Shown here piece after piece: positions 1-9,429 of a stretch of DNA of 64,000 nt. The notes beneath the pieces are model-generated. The model searched no databases, was not told the origin of the DNA, and was given only the letters and a program-made list of their open reading frames with translations. Source of the DNA: Coprothermobacterota bacterium (GTDB lineage: Bacteria > Coprothermobacterota > Coprothermobacteria > Coprothermobacterales > Coprothermobacteraceae); the NCBI GenBank assembly GCA_036679065.1, contig JAZIGN010000001.1, positions 192,001 to 256,000 on the forward strand, in the 5' to 3' direction. A program made the translations under genes and the position numbers. Numbering within the stretch: position 1 is the first letter of the stretch; every line of letters begins with the position of its first letter.

Positions 1-1
1 G

Positions 2-298
2 GTCACCGAGGGGCCGCGGTTTGAAACGGCAGCTGAGGTGAGAGCTTTTGCCATGTTAGGTGGCGATGTGGTTGGTATGACTTCCGTGCCTGAGGTAGTT
101 CTTTCCAGAGAAGCTGGGATGTGTTATTTGTCTCTGGCCATTGTAAGCAACTTCGCTGCTGGATTGCAGGATCAGGTAAGTCATGAAGAAGTTCTCGATA
201 TAATGGACAAACTTAACGCTCAGGTGCAGATGTTCATACTGGATCTCATAAAAGCCATGCCGGAGGAAAAGCACTGTGCATGTCCCCGCAGGGCATGA
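2..298 (+). CDS. MTAP / purine nucleoside phosphorylase family, 5' truncated by window edge
   Basis: Frame from position 2 reads VTEGPRFETAAEVRAF...DVVGMTSVPEVVLSREAG, typical PNP/MTAP C-terminal motifs. Confidence 0.85.
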   Translation, partial: VTEGPRFETAAEVRAFAMLGGDVVGMTSVPEVVLSREAGMCYLSLAIVSNFAAGLQDQVSHEEVLDIMDKLNAQVQMFILDLIKAMPEEKHCACPRRA

Positions 299-323
299 TT
301 TCTTTTGAGGAGGTGCGTGTAAG

Positions 324-785
324 ATGCGCATTGTTATGGGTGCAGATCATGCTGGTTACCAGCTAAAGGAAAGGCTAAAAGAGAACCTCATAGAACTTGG
401 TCACGAAGTAGTTGATAAGGGTACAAACTCCATTGAGTCTGTGGATTATCCAGACTTCGCAGCTGAAGTATGCACTGATATCACGAAAAACGGTGGTTTC
501 GGCATACTCATTTGTGGAACAGGAATTGGCATGAGCATAGCTGCTAATAAGTTCCCTGGCATACGGGCCGCACTTGCCTATGACCTTTACGCGGCAAAGA
601 AAGCTCGCCAGCACAATGATGCGAACGTTCTGTGTTTGGGTGGTAGGGTCCTTGGACCCGACTTGGCCATGGAAATTGTACAGACGTTTCTGAATACTTC
701 TTTCGAAGGTGGTAGGCACCTAAGAAGGATAAGAAAGATAGAAAAGATCGAGGAGAAAAACCTGGGTAAAGGATGTGAAGCTTAA
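324..785 (+). CDS. rpiB: Ribose-5-phosphate isomerase B
   Basis: GADHAG, DYPD, CGTGIG, HNDAN, FEGGRH motifs; SD GAGGAGG. Confidence 0.97.
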   Translation: MRIVMGADHAGYQLKERLKENLIELGHEVVDKGTNSIESVDYPDFAAEVCTDITKNGGFGILICGTGIGMSIAANKFPGIRAALAYDLYAAKKARQHNDANVLCLGGRVLGPDLAMEIVQTFLNTSFEGGRHLRRIRKIEKIEEKNLGKGCEA

Positions 786-2033
786 ATGAGATATGACCAC
801 ATTGAGGAGGAAGATCCAGAAATCTTTGAACTTATGAGGCGTGAGGTTATGCGTCAGACGGAGACGCTTGATCTCATCGCGTCAGAAAACTTGGCTTCTG
901 AGGCAGTTTTAGAGGCCACAGGTTCCGTTTTTACCAACAAATATGCTGAAGGGTATCCCAATGCTCGCTACTATGGTGGGTGTGAAATAACAGATCAGAT
1001 CGAACTTTTGGCAATCGAAAGAGCGAAGAAGCTTTTTGGCGCTGATCACGCCAATGTTCAACCGCATTCTGGTTCTCAGGCGAATCAAGCCGTCTACTTG
1101 GCTTTTCTCAAGCCGGGAGACACCATCCTGTCCATGTCACTCGCGGCAGGAGGTCACCTTTCTCATGGTGCTCCTGTTTCCATGACGGGGAAATGGTTCA
1201 ACATTGTTCATTACGGGGTTGATCCCATAACCGAAACTATTGACCTTAATGAGGTAGAAAAGTTGGCATTGGAACATAAGCCAAAGCTCATCATAGCAGG
1301 GGCTTCAGCCTATCCCAGGTTCATTGATTTTCAGGGGTTCAAAGAGGTAGCAGACAAAGTGGGTGCCATCTTAATGGTGGATATGGCGCACATTGCAGGC
1401 TTAGTAGCTGCTGGTGTTCACCCAAGCCCCGTTCCATATGCTGATGTGGTTACTACTACCACTCACAAAACATTGAGGGGCCCCAGGGGTGGACTCATAC
1501 TGTGCAAGGCGGAGCATGCGAAAGCCATAGATAAGGCCGTTTTCCCTGGTGTACAAGGAGGTCCGCTGGTTCACATTATTGCGGCAAAGGCTGTTGCTTT
1601 TAAAGAAGATTCTGATCCTTCTTTCAAAGAGTACTCTGCCCAAGTAGTAAGAAATGCGAAGATCATGGCAGAGACTTTTGCTAGCAAAGGTGTGAGAGTA
1701 GTTACAGGCGGAACCGATAACCACCTCATGCTCTTGGATGTTACATCAGTTGGTCTCACCGGTAAAGAAGCGGAGGAACTGCTTGCTGAAGTGGGTATCG
1801 TGGTTAACAAGAATGCCATTCCCTTTGACAAACTTCCTCCTCGGGTGGCCAGTGGAATTAGGATTGGTACCCCGAGCATAACCACTAGAGGACTTAGGGA
1901 AGAGGAGTGCAAGCTTCTTGCTGAAAACATGAGTGAACTATTCATCACCAGGAGTGACGAGACAAAGAATCAACTTAAAGGTTTGGTACAGGAACTGACA
2001 AAACATTACCCGGCATACAAGGGGTGGTCCTAG
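786..2033 (+). CDS. glyA: Serine hydroxymethyltransferase
   Basis: [27 protein letters not shown] (PLP lysine). Confidence 0.98.
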   Translation: MRYDHIEEEDPEIFELMRREVMRQTETLDLIASENLASEAVLEATGSVFTNKYAEGYPNARYYGGCEITDQIELLAIERAKKLFGADHANVQPHSGSQANQAVYLAFLKPGDTILSMSLAAGGHLSHGAPVSMTGKWFNIVHYGVDPITETIDLNEVEKLALEHKPKLIIAGASAYPRFIDFQGFKEVADKVGAILMVDMAHIAGLVAAGVHPSPVPYADVVTTTTHKTLRGPRGGLILCKAEHAKAIDKAVFPGVQGGPLVHIIAAKAVAFKEDSDPSFKEYSAQVVRNAKIMAETFASKGVRVVTGGTDNHLMLLDVTSVGLTGKEAEELLAEVGIVVNKNAIPFDKLPPRVASGIRIGTPSITTRGLREEECKLLAENMSELFITRSDETKNQLKGLVQELTKHYPAYKGWS

Positions 2034-2654
2034 GTGCTCAGCGTGGTCGATCATCCCTTAATTAGATACAAAGTCACTTTGCTTCGGGATAAGAACACAG
2101 GACCTAAAGAGTTTAGGGAGTTGGTACAAGAATTAGCAATGTTCCTCACTTACGAGGCTACTAAAAATCTGGAGCTTACCGAGCAAGTAGTCGAGACCCC
2201 GTTGGCTAAGACAACGGGGTTTGTACTGTGTAGGAAGATTGCCATCATACCCATTCTTAGGGCAGGACTTACCATGGCTGAGGGTGTGCTTAAAGTCATC
2301 CCCAATGCAAAGGTGGGACATGTTGGCCTTTACAGGGATCATAAGACGTTGAGGCCAGTGGAGTACTATGCAAAATTTCCTACAGGTATTGAAGACATGG
2401 TCTGCATCATACTTGACCCCATGCTCGCTACTGGCAATTCCATTCGATACACCATAGATCTTCTCAAGCAGCAAGGGGTTTCTCAAATAAAGGTGCTCTC
2501 CATAATCGCTGCACCAGAAGGCATACGTAATGTACTCTCTTGTGGAGATGGCATTGAGCTTTACCTTGCCGCAGAGGATGAAAGACTAAATGAGGAAGGT
2601 TACATCCTTCCCGGACTAGGTGATGCCGGTGATAGACTTTTCGGCACAAAGTGA
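2034..2654 (+). CDS. upp: Uracil phosphoribosyltransferase
   Basis: PILRAG, DPMLATG, GYILPGLGDAGDRLFGTK. Confidence 0.98.
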   Translation: MLSVVDHPLIRYKVTLLRDKNTGPKEFRELVQELAMFLTYEATKNLELTEQVVETPLAKTTGFVLCRKIAIIPILRAGLTMAEGVLKVIPNAKVGHVGLYRDHKTLRPVEYYAKFPTGIEDMVCIILDPMLATGNSIRYTIDLLKQQGVSQIKVLSIIAAPEGIRNVLSCGDGIELYLAAEDERLNEEGYILPGLGDAGDRLFGTK

Positions 2655-3594
2655 GCTCTATCTTTTTGGACTCTTAGCAGGAGTGGGCACCTTTCTGCTA
2701 AGCTGGGTGCTTACTCCTTTAAGTATTAAATTCGCGTGGAGGTATGGCTTTTTAGATTATCCTGGCGAACGTAAGGTTCACCAGGATGCTACACCCAGGG
2801 TAGGGGGATTGGCAGTGGTGCTTGCCTTCACCTTGGGTGAACTTTTGTTTTGGCACGCCGCGCCACCTCTTGGTTACGGTGTGTTGCTTACTGTACTTTT
2901 GTTTTTCTTTGCCATGCTGCTTGATGATAAATACAATTTACCAGCTTGGGTAAAATTCTTGGTTCAAATAGGAGCTTCTGCCGCGGTAGTATTTATGGGC
3001 GTTAAGATAGGTGTGGTTACCTTGTGGGGAGGCCGTTATGCGGTGTTCCCCAGCTGGTTAGCCACGACCATATCTGTTTTGTGGCTGGTACTTCTCTCGA
3101 ATGCTATCAACCTCATAGATGGACTAAATGGACTGTCTTCAGGTATCAGCGCCATAGTGTTGATTTTTGCAAGCATCATAACTTTTAAGAAAGGAATCTT
3201 TACAGTGGGGTTGGATGCATTGATATTGGCTGGAGCCGTTCTAGGATTCCTGCCCTATAACTTTCCTGAGGCAAAGACCTTCATCGGCGATTGCGGTGCG
3301 CAAACGTTGGGTTTCATACTTGGCATTTTGTCCATTGTTGGCACGTTCAAGAGTACTGCTGGAATTATATTCTTGGGTTTCTTACTTCTGCTCTTCTTGC
3401 CTGTGGAAGATACGCTTTCTGCATGGTTTAGGCGTCTTGCGTCGGGACAGCATCCGTTCACTGCAGATAGGAAACATTTGCACCATAAGCTTCTGGAGTG
3501 GGGATTGACGCCCAAACAAGTGGTCATATTAATGTACTGTGCTACAATTGTTCTTGGTATAATCGCACTTTTGTTGATGGGGTGGGTAAGCTGA
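2620..3594 (+). CDS. Undecaprenyl-phosphate GlcNAc-1-phosphate transferase (TagO/WecA, MraY family)
   Basis: RKVH..TPRVGG, LLDD, NAINLIDGLNGL, FIGDCG, DRKHLHH; multiple TM segments; exact start uncertain. Confidence 0.9.
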   Translation: MMPVIDFSAQSELYLFGLLAGVGTFLLSWVLTPLSIKFAWRYGFLDYPGERKVHQDATPRVGGLAVVLAFTLGELLFWHAAPPLGYGVLLTVLLFFFAMLLDDKYNLPAWVKFLVQIGASAAVVFMGVKIGVVTLWGGRYAVFPSWLATTISVLWLVLLSNAINLIDGLNGLSSGISAIVLIFASIITFKKGIFTVGLDALILAGAVLGFLPYNFPEAKTFIGDCGAQTLGFILGILSIVGTFKSTAGIIFLGFLLLLFLPVEDTLSAWFRRLASGQHPFTADRKHLHHKLLEWGLTPKQVVILMYCATIVLGIIALLLMGWVS

Positions 3595-4712
3595 AGAAAA
3601 AAATTGGTTTGGTGGTAGGGACACGTCCCGAAGCCATAAAAATGGCTCCTCTTTACTTGACTTTACGAAAGTTCTTCGAAGTGGACTTCATAGCCACCGG
3701 ACAACACAAAGAAATGTTTTATCAAGGGCTCAGTCCCTTCGGGATAAAACCTACGGTCGATCTGATGATCATGGAGGAAAGCCAATCGTTAGAATCAGTC
3801 CTGTCAAAAAGTGTTACAGGTCTGTCCTCTTTGTTCAAAGAACGGAAATATGATCTGGTGTTGGTTCACGGTGATACCACCACCACACTAGGCGGTGCCT
3901 TGGCAAGCTTTTACAACAAAATACCTTGTGGGCACGTGGAAGCTGGTTTGCGAACTGGAGACCTGAGCTATCCTTATCCGGAGGAGGCTAACAGAGTCCT
4001 AACTGACGACCTATGTACTGTTTTGTATCCACCTACTCAGCTTTCGTGGGAAAACCTTGAGCGTGAGGGCTTGGGCAATAGGGAACATTTGATTACGGGG
4101 AACACTGTTATTGATGCCCTCATGATCATGCAAAACAAATGGGGCATAGAAGCCACCGACAAGGAAAACCTAGTGGTGGTAACGGCCCACCGCAGGGAGA
4201 ACTGGGGGTTACCTTTGGAAGAAATCTGCCACTCTGTCAAAGACTTGGCTTTGGAATTTACCGATTACAAGTTTGTATTCCCAGTGCACTTGAACCCTGC
4301 CGTCAGGAAGACTGTTTTTGGTATTTTGCAGGATGTGGATAACGTTCAGCTGACAGATCCTATGGAGTACGATGAGTTCTTGAGGCTCTTATCTAAGGCA
4401 AAAGTGGCTCTAAGTGACAGCGGGGGCATACAGGAAGAAGGGCCCCATTTTGGCGTGCCAGTGGTTCTTCTTCGCCATGTGACCGAGCGACCCGAAGGTG
4501 TACCGAGAAAGATGGTATTCCTTGCTGGTCCCGACGCTGAAAAAATAAAAGAATACTTCCATTTTGTGGTTCAGAATAGGTGGTGGGAATATGTTATGTC
4601 TCAGTCCAACCCCTATGGAGACGGTAAAGCTTCTGAAAGGATTGCAAGTCATCTGGCTTACCGTTTTGGTTTAAGTGATGTTGTTTTTTCCAGATTCGAG
4701 GAGGTGTTTTGA
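3582..4712 (+). CDS. wecB: UDP-N-acetylglucosamine 2-epimerase (non-hydrolysing)
   Basis: GTRPEAIKM, TGQH, HGDT, HVEAGLRT, DSGGIQEE, TERPE, NPYGDG; start GTG 3582 or CTG 3591. Confidence 0.95.
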   Translation: MGKLKKKIGLVVGTRPEAIKMAPLYLTLRKFFEVDFIATGQHKEMFYQGLSPFGIKPTVDLMIMEESQSLESVLSKSVTGLSSLFKERKYDLVLVHGDTTTTLGGALASFYNKIPCGHVEAGLRTGDLSYPYPEEANRVLTDDLCTVLYPPTQLSWENLEREGLGNREHLITGNTVIDALMIMQNKWGIEATDKENLVVVTAHRRENWGLPLEEICHSVKDLALEFTDYKFVFPVHLNPAVRKTVFGILQDVDNVQLTDPMEYDEFLRLLSKAKVALSDSGGIQEEGPHFGVPVVLLRHVTERPEGVPRKMVFLAGPDAEKIKEYFHFVVQNRWWEYVMSQSNPYGDGKASERIASHLAYRFGLSDVVFSRFEEVF

Positions 4713-5995
4713 AGAAGATGAGTGTTTTAATAATAGACGGTGGAACTCCTCTAAAAGGTAGAGTAACCGCTCAAGGTTGTAAAAACAGCGCTTTAGCCAT
4801 TTTGGCTGCAGCAGCTTTATGTGAAGATAGAGTGTACCTGACGAATGTTCCTGACATCGGCGACGTGAAAACCATGATGGGCATTTTAAGGTCTCTTGGG
4901 TACAAAGTAACATGGGGTAATGGACTCACTATAAAACCTGGCGTCATCAAGAATTACGACCTCACGCACACGGGAGCAGGGTCCATAAGGGGTTCTTTGC
5001 TTTTCCTGGGTGCGCTACTTGGTCGTTTGGGAAAAGTGGTTCTACCTATGCCCGGAGGTTGCAACATTGGAACAAGGCCCATTGACCTTCATCTGAAGGG
5101 TCTCAGCCTGATGGGCGCAGATCTGGATATTCAGGGCGGTAACATTGTTGGAGAAGCTCCCGGGGGTCTAAAGGGAGCATACGTTTACCTGGACTTTCCC
5201 AGTGTGGGTGCTACCGAAAATATAATGATTGCAGGTGCTTTGGCCAATGGTGAAACGACAATTGAAAACGCAGCTCAGGATCAGCAAGTTGTTGAACTGG
5301 GAAAGTTTTTGATGGCTTGCGGTGTGAAAATCCATGGTCTTGGAACCAAGGTTATACGTATTAAGGGAAAGAGAGAAATAGGTGGTGTTACGTTTAGAAT
5401 ATCGGGCGACAGCATTGAAGCTGGAACTTATGCCATAGCTGCGGCGGCTACCAGAGGCACAATTACGGTGGATGGCGTAGACGTTACGTTCCTTAGACCA
5501 CTACTTTTCAAACTGCAAGAAGCCGGTATTGAAGTTGTGGTAACAAATGGTCACGAGGTTACGGTACTTTCCAGTCCCCGACCCAAGGGAATAACGATCA
5601 AGACCATGCCTTTCCCTGGTTTTCCCACTGATTTGCAGCCGCTGATGATGTCGCTTCTTGCCACTGCTGAAGGTAGGTCAGTGATAACAGAAACTGTCTA
5701 CGATGGAAGAATGGGACACGTAAGTGAACTTTGGAAAATGGGAGCAAACATCGAAGTGGAAGGCAATACTGCGATCATTACTGGTGTGGAAAAGCTCACC
5801 GGTGCTCCGGTCGTTGCTAACAATCTTAGGGCAGGTGCTGCTTTGGTTGTGGCAGGCTTGTCTGCGGAAGGCAGAACAGTGGTCTACGGCATGGAGCATG
5901 TTATGCGCGGCTATTCTAACATTCATCAAAAACTAAGAGCTTTGGATGCCAAAGTTGAACTTGTAAGCGATGAAGAAGCAGTCAATATTGCTTGA
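4709..5995 (+). CDS. murA: UDP-GlcNAc 1-carboxyvinyltransferase
   Basis: KNSAL, PGGCNIGTRPIDLH (catalytic Cys), FPSVGATEN, PGFPTD. Confidence 0.97.
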   Translation: MKKMSVLIIDGGTPLKGRVTAQGCKNSALAILAAAALCEDRVYLTNVPDIGDVKTMMGILRSLGYKVTWGNGLTIKPGVIKNYDLTHTGAGSIRGSLLFLGALLGRLGKVVLPMPGGCNIGTRPIDLHLKGLSLMGADLDIQGGNIVGEAPGGLKGAYVYLDFPSVGATENIMIAGALANGETTIENAAQDQQVVELGKFLMACGVKIHGLGTKVIRIKGKREIGGVTFRISGDSIEAGTYAIAAAATRGTITVDGVDVTFLRPLLFKLQEAGIEVVVTNGHEVTVLSSPRPKGITIKTMPFPGFPTDLQPLMMSLLATAEGRSVITETVYDGRMGHVSELWKMGANIEVEGNTAIITGVEKLTGAPVVANNLRAGAALVVAGLSAEGRTVVYGMEHVMRGYSNIHQKLRALDAKVELVSDEEAVNIA

Positions 5996-6299
5996 AATTG
6001 ATAAAAGTGCAGCTCCTGTTATTGCAGTTAAGGCTCCCCTTAGGGACTGGCTGCACGAACTCAAAGTCCCACTAAAGGTGGGCAAACTTAAAAGGAAAAA
6101 CTGTGATGTTTACTACTGGGATAAAGGAAAAATCATTTATCACGATAGGGCGATCCTCATTGTGCCAGAACAGCTTCGTGACGCTGCTATGGAGGCCGGC
6201 TACAAACCATGGCAGATCTTTACCCTTCCCAGTTCCGAGTCGGACATACTCTTCATGTTGAAGCAAGTCAGTTGGAGGAAGAAGCAGGGTTACAGATGA
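5970..6299 (+). CDS. Hypothetical protein (109 aa)
   Basis: Fills the murA-csaB gap and overlaps both neighbours (ATGA overlap with csaB); no recognised motif. Confidence 0.65.
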   Translation: MKKQSILLEIDKSAAPVIAVKAPLRDWLHELKVPLKVGKLKRKNCDVYYWDKGKIIYHDRAILIVPEQLRDAAMEAGYKPWQIFTLPSSESDILFMLKQVSWRKKQGYR

Positions 6300-7288
6300 A
6301 AAAGGTGTTAATGGTAGGGTATTGGGGTGGCTTCAATGTGGGTGATGAAGGTTTCCTAGAAATAGTATTACCCAGATTAAAGCATAAAGCCCACATAACG
6401 GTTGCGTCTAAGAACCCTGAAAATACCACGAAAAACTTTCACGTGAGATCTGTGAAGGCTGAGCCACTCACGTTGATGAGAGAACTGGTTAGAAGTGACA
6501 TTGTGTTGGAAGGCCCAGGGGGCCTCTTTCAAGATGCTACCAGCTTCAAAAGTCTGTTTTACTACTTCTTAGCTCCATTCTTGGGTAAGCTCTTTGGTAA
6601 GAAGGTTTATCTTTATGGGATTGGCATAGGTCCCATAAACCGGAGCATAAGTGAAAGGCTGACGGTAAAAGCGTTTCGTATGGCGGATGGCAAATATGTT
6701 AGGGATGCGTATTCTTACCAGTGGTTGCAGAGCCGCGGTGTGTGTTGTGATTTGGCTGCTGATGTTGTGTTTACAGTCGCAGGCGAACAGTATTTTGGGT
6801 ACAAACCTGTCTTCGATTCAGTGCTTTATATTCCAAGTCACAAATGGGAAAACCTGGACGTGGATCAGGTGGATGGCAACATGGTCATTTTCTTCCCTGG
6901 AAAAGACCTACCGATGACTGCCGCTGCTGGCGGGACGTTCATAGACGGGTTAGAACTGGGCGTGCTGGAGATAATAAGCTTGTTCAAGCAGTACAAAGGA
7001 GCTGTTGTAGGCAGGCTACATGCCGGCATACTTGCCACTATTGCAGGTTTGCCTTTTATTGCCATTCCCTATGATGTGAAGCTTACCGAGTATGCCAGAG
7101 AATTAGCTGCAGCCTTAGGTTTGCACGAAGACGCTTTACTTGCAAAGAACATAACTGAGGCAAAAGCTAAGCTGGCCGCACTTTTGAAAGATCCTGAAAA
7201 AATCAGTGACAAATTGGTGCATTTCTCCATTGACCAAAAGGCAAAAGCCGAGAAAATGATGTCTGAAATCGAGAAGGCCGTGGAATGA
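6296..7288 (+). CDS. csaB: Polysaccharide pyruvyl transferase, CsaB family
   Basis: GYWGGFNVGDE, GGLFQDATS..SLFYY, GIGP, VRD, RLH, YDVK; ATG at 6296. Confidence 0.85.
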   Translation: MKKVLMVGYWGGFNVGDEGFLEIVLPRLKHKAHITVASKNPENTTKNFHVRSVKAEPLTLMRELVRSDIVLEGPGGLFQDATSFKSLFYYFLAPFLGKLFGKKVYLYGIGIGPINRSISERLTVKAFRMADGKYVRDAYSYQWLQSRGVCCDLAADVVFTVAGEQYFGYKPVFDSVLYIPSHKWENLDVDQVDGNMVIFFPGKDLPMTAAAGGTFIDGLELGVLEIISLFKQYKGAVVGRLHAGILATIAGLPFIAIPYDVKLTEYARELAAALGLHEDALLAKNITEAKAKLAALLKDPEKISDKLVHFSIDQKAKAEKMMSEIEKAVE

Positions 7289-8397
7289 GGAAAGTCATTT
7301 TAGTGGACAGCAATTCTTTGCTTTACAGATCTTACTATGCCCTGCCAAAGCTTAGTACAAAAGACGGTTTCCCCACAGGTGGGATTTATGGTTTCTTGCG
7401 CATCGTGTCAAAACTGCTTGGTGAACCACACAGCCACTTTATCATTGTGGGGGACGCTAAGGGAATACTGGCTCGTACATTGGTCTTTAAAGAGTACAAA
7501 AGCAACAGACCCAAAGCCCCCGATGAGCTCCATAGGCAAAGAGAGAGGTTACCTGATGTACTCACACAGCTTTCTCTTCCTTACGTAGTGTATGATGGGA
7601 AAGAGGCTGATGACGTCATATCTTCGCTAACGCATTTTTTCGAACGTTGGAACTTTCAAGTTGAGATCTATACTTCTGATACCGACATGATGCAGTTGAT
7701 TACGCATAACACCAGCGTTGTAACTTTTAAGAAGGGTATTACCCAAGTTAAACACTACGATTATAAGACTTTCTTGGATGAGTTTGGATTTGCTCCTGAA
7801 CGGTTTGTGGACTACAAGTCTTTGGTGGGGGATAGCGCTGATAACATCCCGGGTGTGAACGGAATCGGACCTAAGACAGCCAGTGCTTTGGTAAAAGAAT
7901 TCAGTAGAGAAGAGCTACTTGACAAATTCGGCAGTATGCTTGAAAGGAACTTGCAACTAATTACCTTGGAAGATTTTCCTGTACCATATGGCACATTGCT
8001 CCTAAGAGTTAAGCCGTCTAACGATTTAAGTATTTTGGAAGAGTTGGAATTCAATTCTCTTATTGATCCGTTTCTAAGAGTTTTGGGAACAAGAAAAGTA
8101 CAGGTGGGTTTGTTTGGTCTGGAAGATCTGGACAGACTTCCTTGGCAATGTCTTTCTGACCCCACTGTTGTGGGGGAACCATTTCCTTTCGCATTTGTTG
8201 AACGTGAGGATCCCATTAGAAGTTCTAATTTGCTTTATGCTCAACGTTTTTTAAATGGAATGAACACTGATCAAGTTCCAAAGAAGGTATTGGTGGATGA
8301 CGACGTATCGGATGTCACTGTTGACGAAGCTCTGGCTCTTATGAACGCTGCTACAAGTGTAGCCGTGGAAGGTGAAGTTTTACGAGTGCAGCAATAG
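7285..8397 (+). CDS. 5'-3' exonuclease / flap endonuclease (PolA N-terminal domain only)
   Basis: LVDSNSLLYRSYYA, YKSNR, EADDVI, GDSADNIPGVNGIGPKTA (H3TH); no polymerase domain. Confidence 0.9.
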   Translation: MRKVILVDSNSLLYRSYYALPKLSTKDGFPTGGIYGFLRIVSKLLGEPHSHFIIVGDAKGILARTLVFKEYKSNRPKAPDELHRQRERLPDVLTQLSLPYVVYDGKEADDVISSLTHFFERWNFQVEIYTSDTDMMQLITHNTSVVTFKKGITQVKHYDYKTFLDEFGFAPERFVDYKSLVGDSADNIPGVNGIGPKTASALVKEFSREELLDKFGSMLERNLQLITLEDFPVPYGTLLLRVKPSNDLSILEELEFNSLIDPFLRVLGTRKVQVGLFGLEDLDRLPWQCLSDPTVVGEPFPFAFVEREDPIRSSNLLYAQRFLNGMNTDQVPKKVLVDDDVSDVTVDEALALMNAATSVAVEGEVLRVQQ

Positions 8398-8957
8398 TCA
8401 CACTGGGCATGGGGGGTTGGATCGGTGTGGGCAAAAGCACCATCTGTTCTTACTTCGAACAGGAAATGGGAGCCGCTGTCCTAAGTTTGGATTCCATAAG
8501 CCATGAACTTTATGAAGTGCATGAGGTCTCCTCTGCTTTAAAAGAGACCTTTGGTACGTGTCAGCGCAGTGAGATTGCGTTAAAGCTTACAGAGAACCCA
8601 TCTTTGTGGGAAGACTTAGATAACATCTTCAAACCTTATTTGGTAGAGGAAACTTTGCGGCGACTTCAAGCATGTGCTACACCTTTACGGATTATTGAGG
8701 GAAGCTTACTGCTCAGACTTGATTTGCAAAGGGTATGCGATCTAGTAACTTGGGTGACGTTTCACCCTCTCGAGGAGGCCATAAGACGTAGCTCCAGTCG
8801 CATGGGCAAAGCTTTTTCCTACAGCCTGAGTATCTTACAACGGCAAATTGAAACAGGTATTTTTGATCCTTCAAAAGTGGACATTCTCTTGGTTGGAACC
8901 CCGGAAAAGAGTTCTAAGGAGTTGTATGAAGAACTCAGAGCGCATCTACACCTATAA
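8394..8957 (+). CDS. coaE: Dephospho-CoA kinase
   Basis: P-loop GWIGVGKST, LDSISHELY; position after polA-like gene; start ATA 8394 or ATG 8409. Confidence 0.75.
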   Translation: MVTLGMGGWIGVGKSTICSYFEQEMGAAVLSLDSISHELYEVHEVSSALKETFGTCQRSEIALKLTENPSLWEDLDNIFKPYLVEETLRRLQACATPLRIIEGSLLLRLDLQRVCDLVTWVTFHPLEEAIRRSSSRMGKAFSYSLSILQRQIETGIFDPSKVDILLVGTPEKSSKELYEELRAHLHL

Positions 8958-9429
8958 ACTGCCCTTTGGCCTATGGTTACTTGTCCTCACCGATTCGGAG
9001 CGCTTAATACGTACCTGGTTACAAGATGTAGAGCCCGCCATAGGTGAAGTTTCGAGGGGGATCTTAAAGGATTTCCTGGATAAGTACTCTGCTGGATTGT
9101 GGGAGCCGACACCAGTGTTAAATTTGATAGACTGGAGCGACTACACAGAAAAGAGGGGCGAGGTTTACCGCACGTTAAGTGCAACAATTCCCATGGGATC
9201 CACAATTACCTATGGGCATTTGGGTGCCATTTGCGGTTGCAGTCCGCGGGCTATTGGGGTCTACATGAGAACGAATAAGTTTCCCATAATCATTCCTTGT
9301 CATCGTGTGGTAGGACAAAAAAGCTTGGGTGGCTACTCACCTGAGGTAAAATGGAAGAAAGTCATATTGGAGTGGGAATTAAATAATGCAAAAAGTAATC
9401 GTAGTAACGGGACTTTCTGGAGCTGGTAA
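8926..9429 (+). CDS. ogt: Methylated-DNA-protein-cysteine S-methyltransferase
   Basis: IPMGSTITYG, RAIG, IIIPCHRVV active site; SD AAGGAG before ATG 8926. Confidence 0.92.
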   Translation: MKNSERIYTYKLPFGLWLLVLTDSERLIRTWLQDVEPAIGEVSRGILKDFLDKYSAGLWEPTPVLNLIDWSDYTEKRGEVYRTLSATIPMGSTITYGHLGAICGCSPRAIGVYMRTNKFPIIIPCHRVVGQKSLGGYSPEVKWKKVILEWELNNAKSNRSNGTFWSW

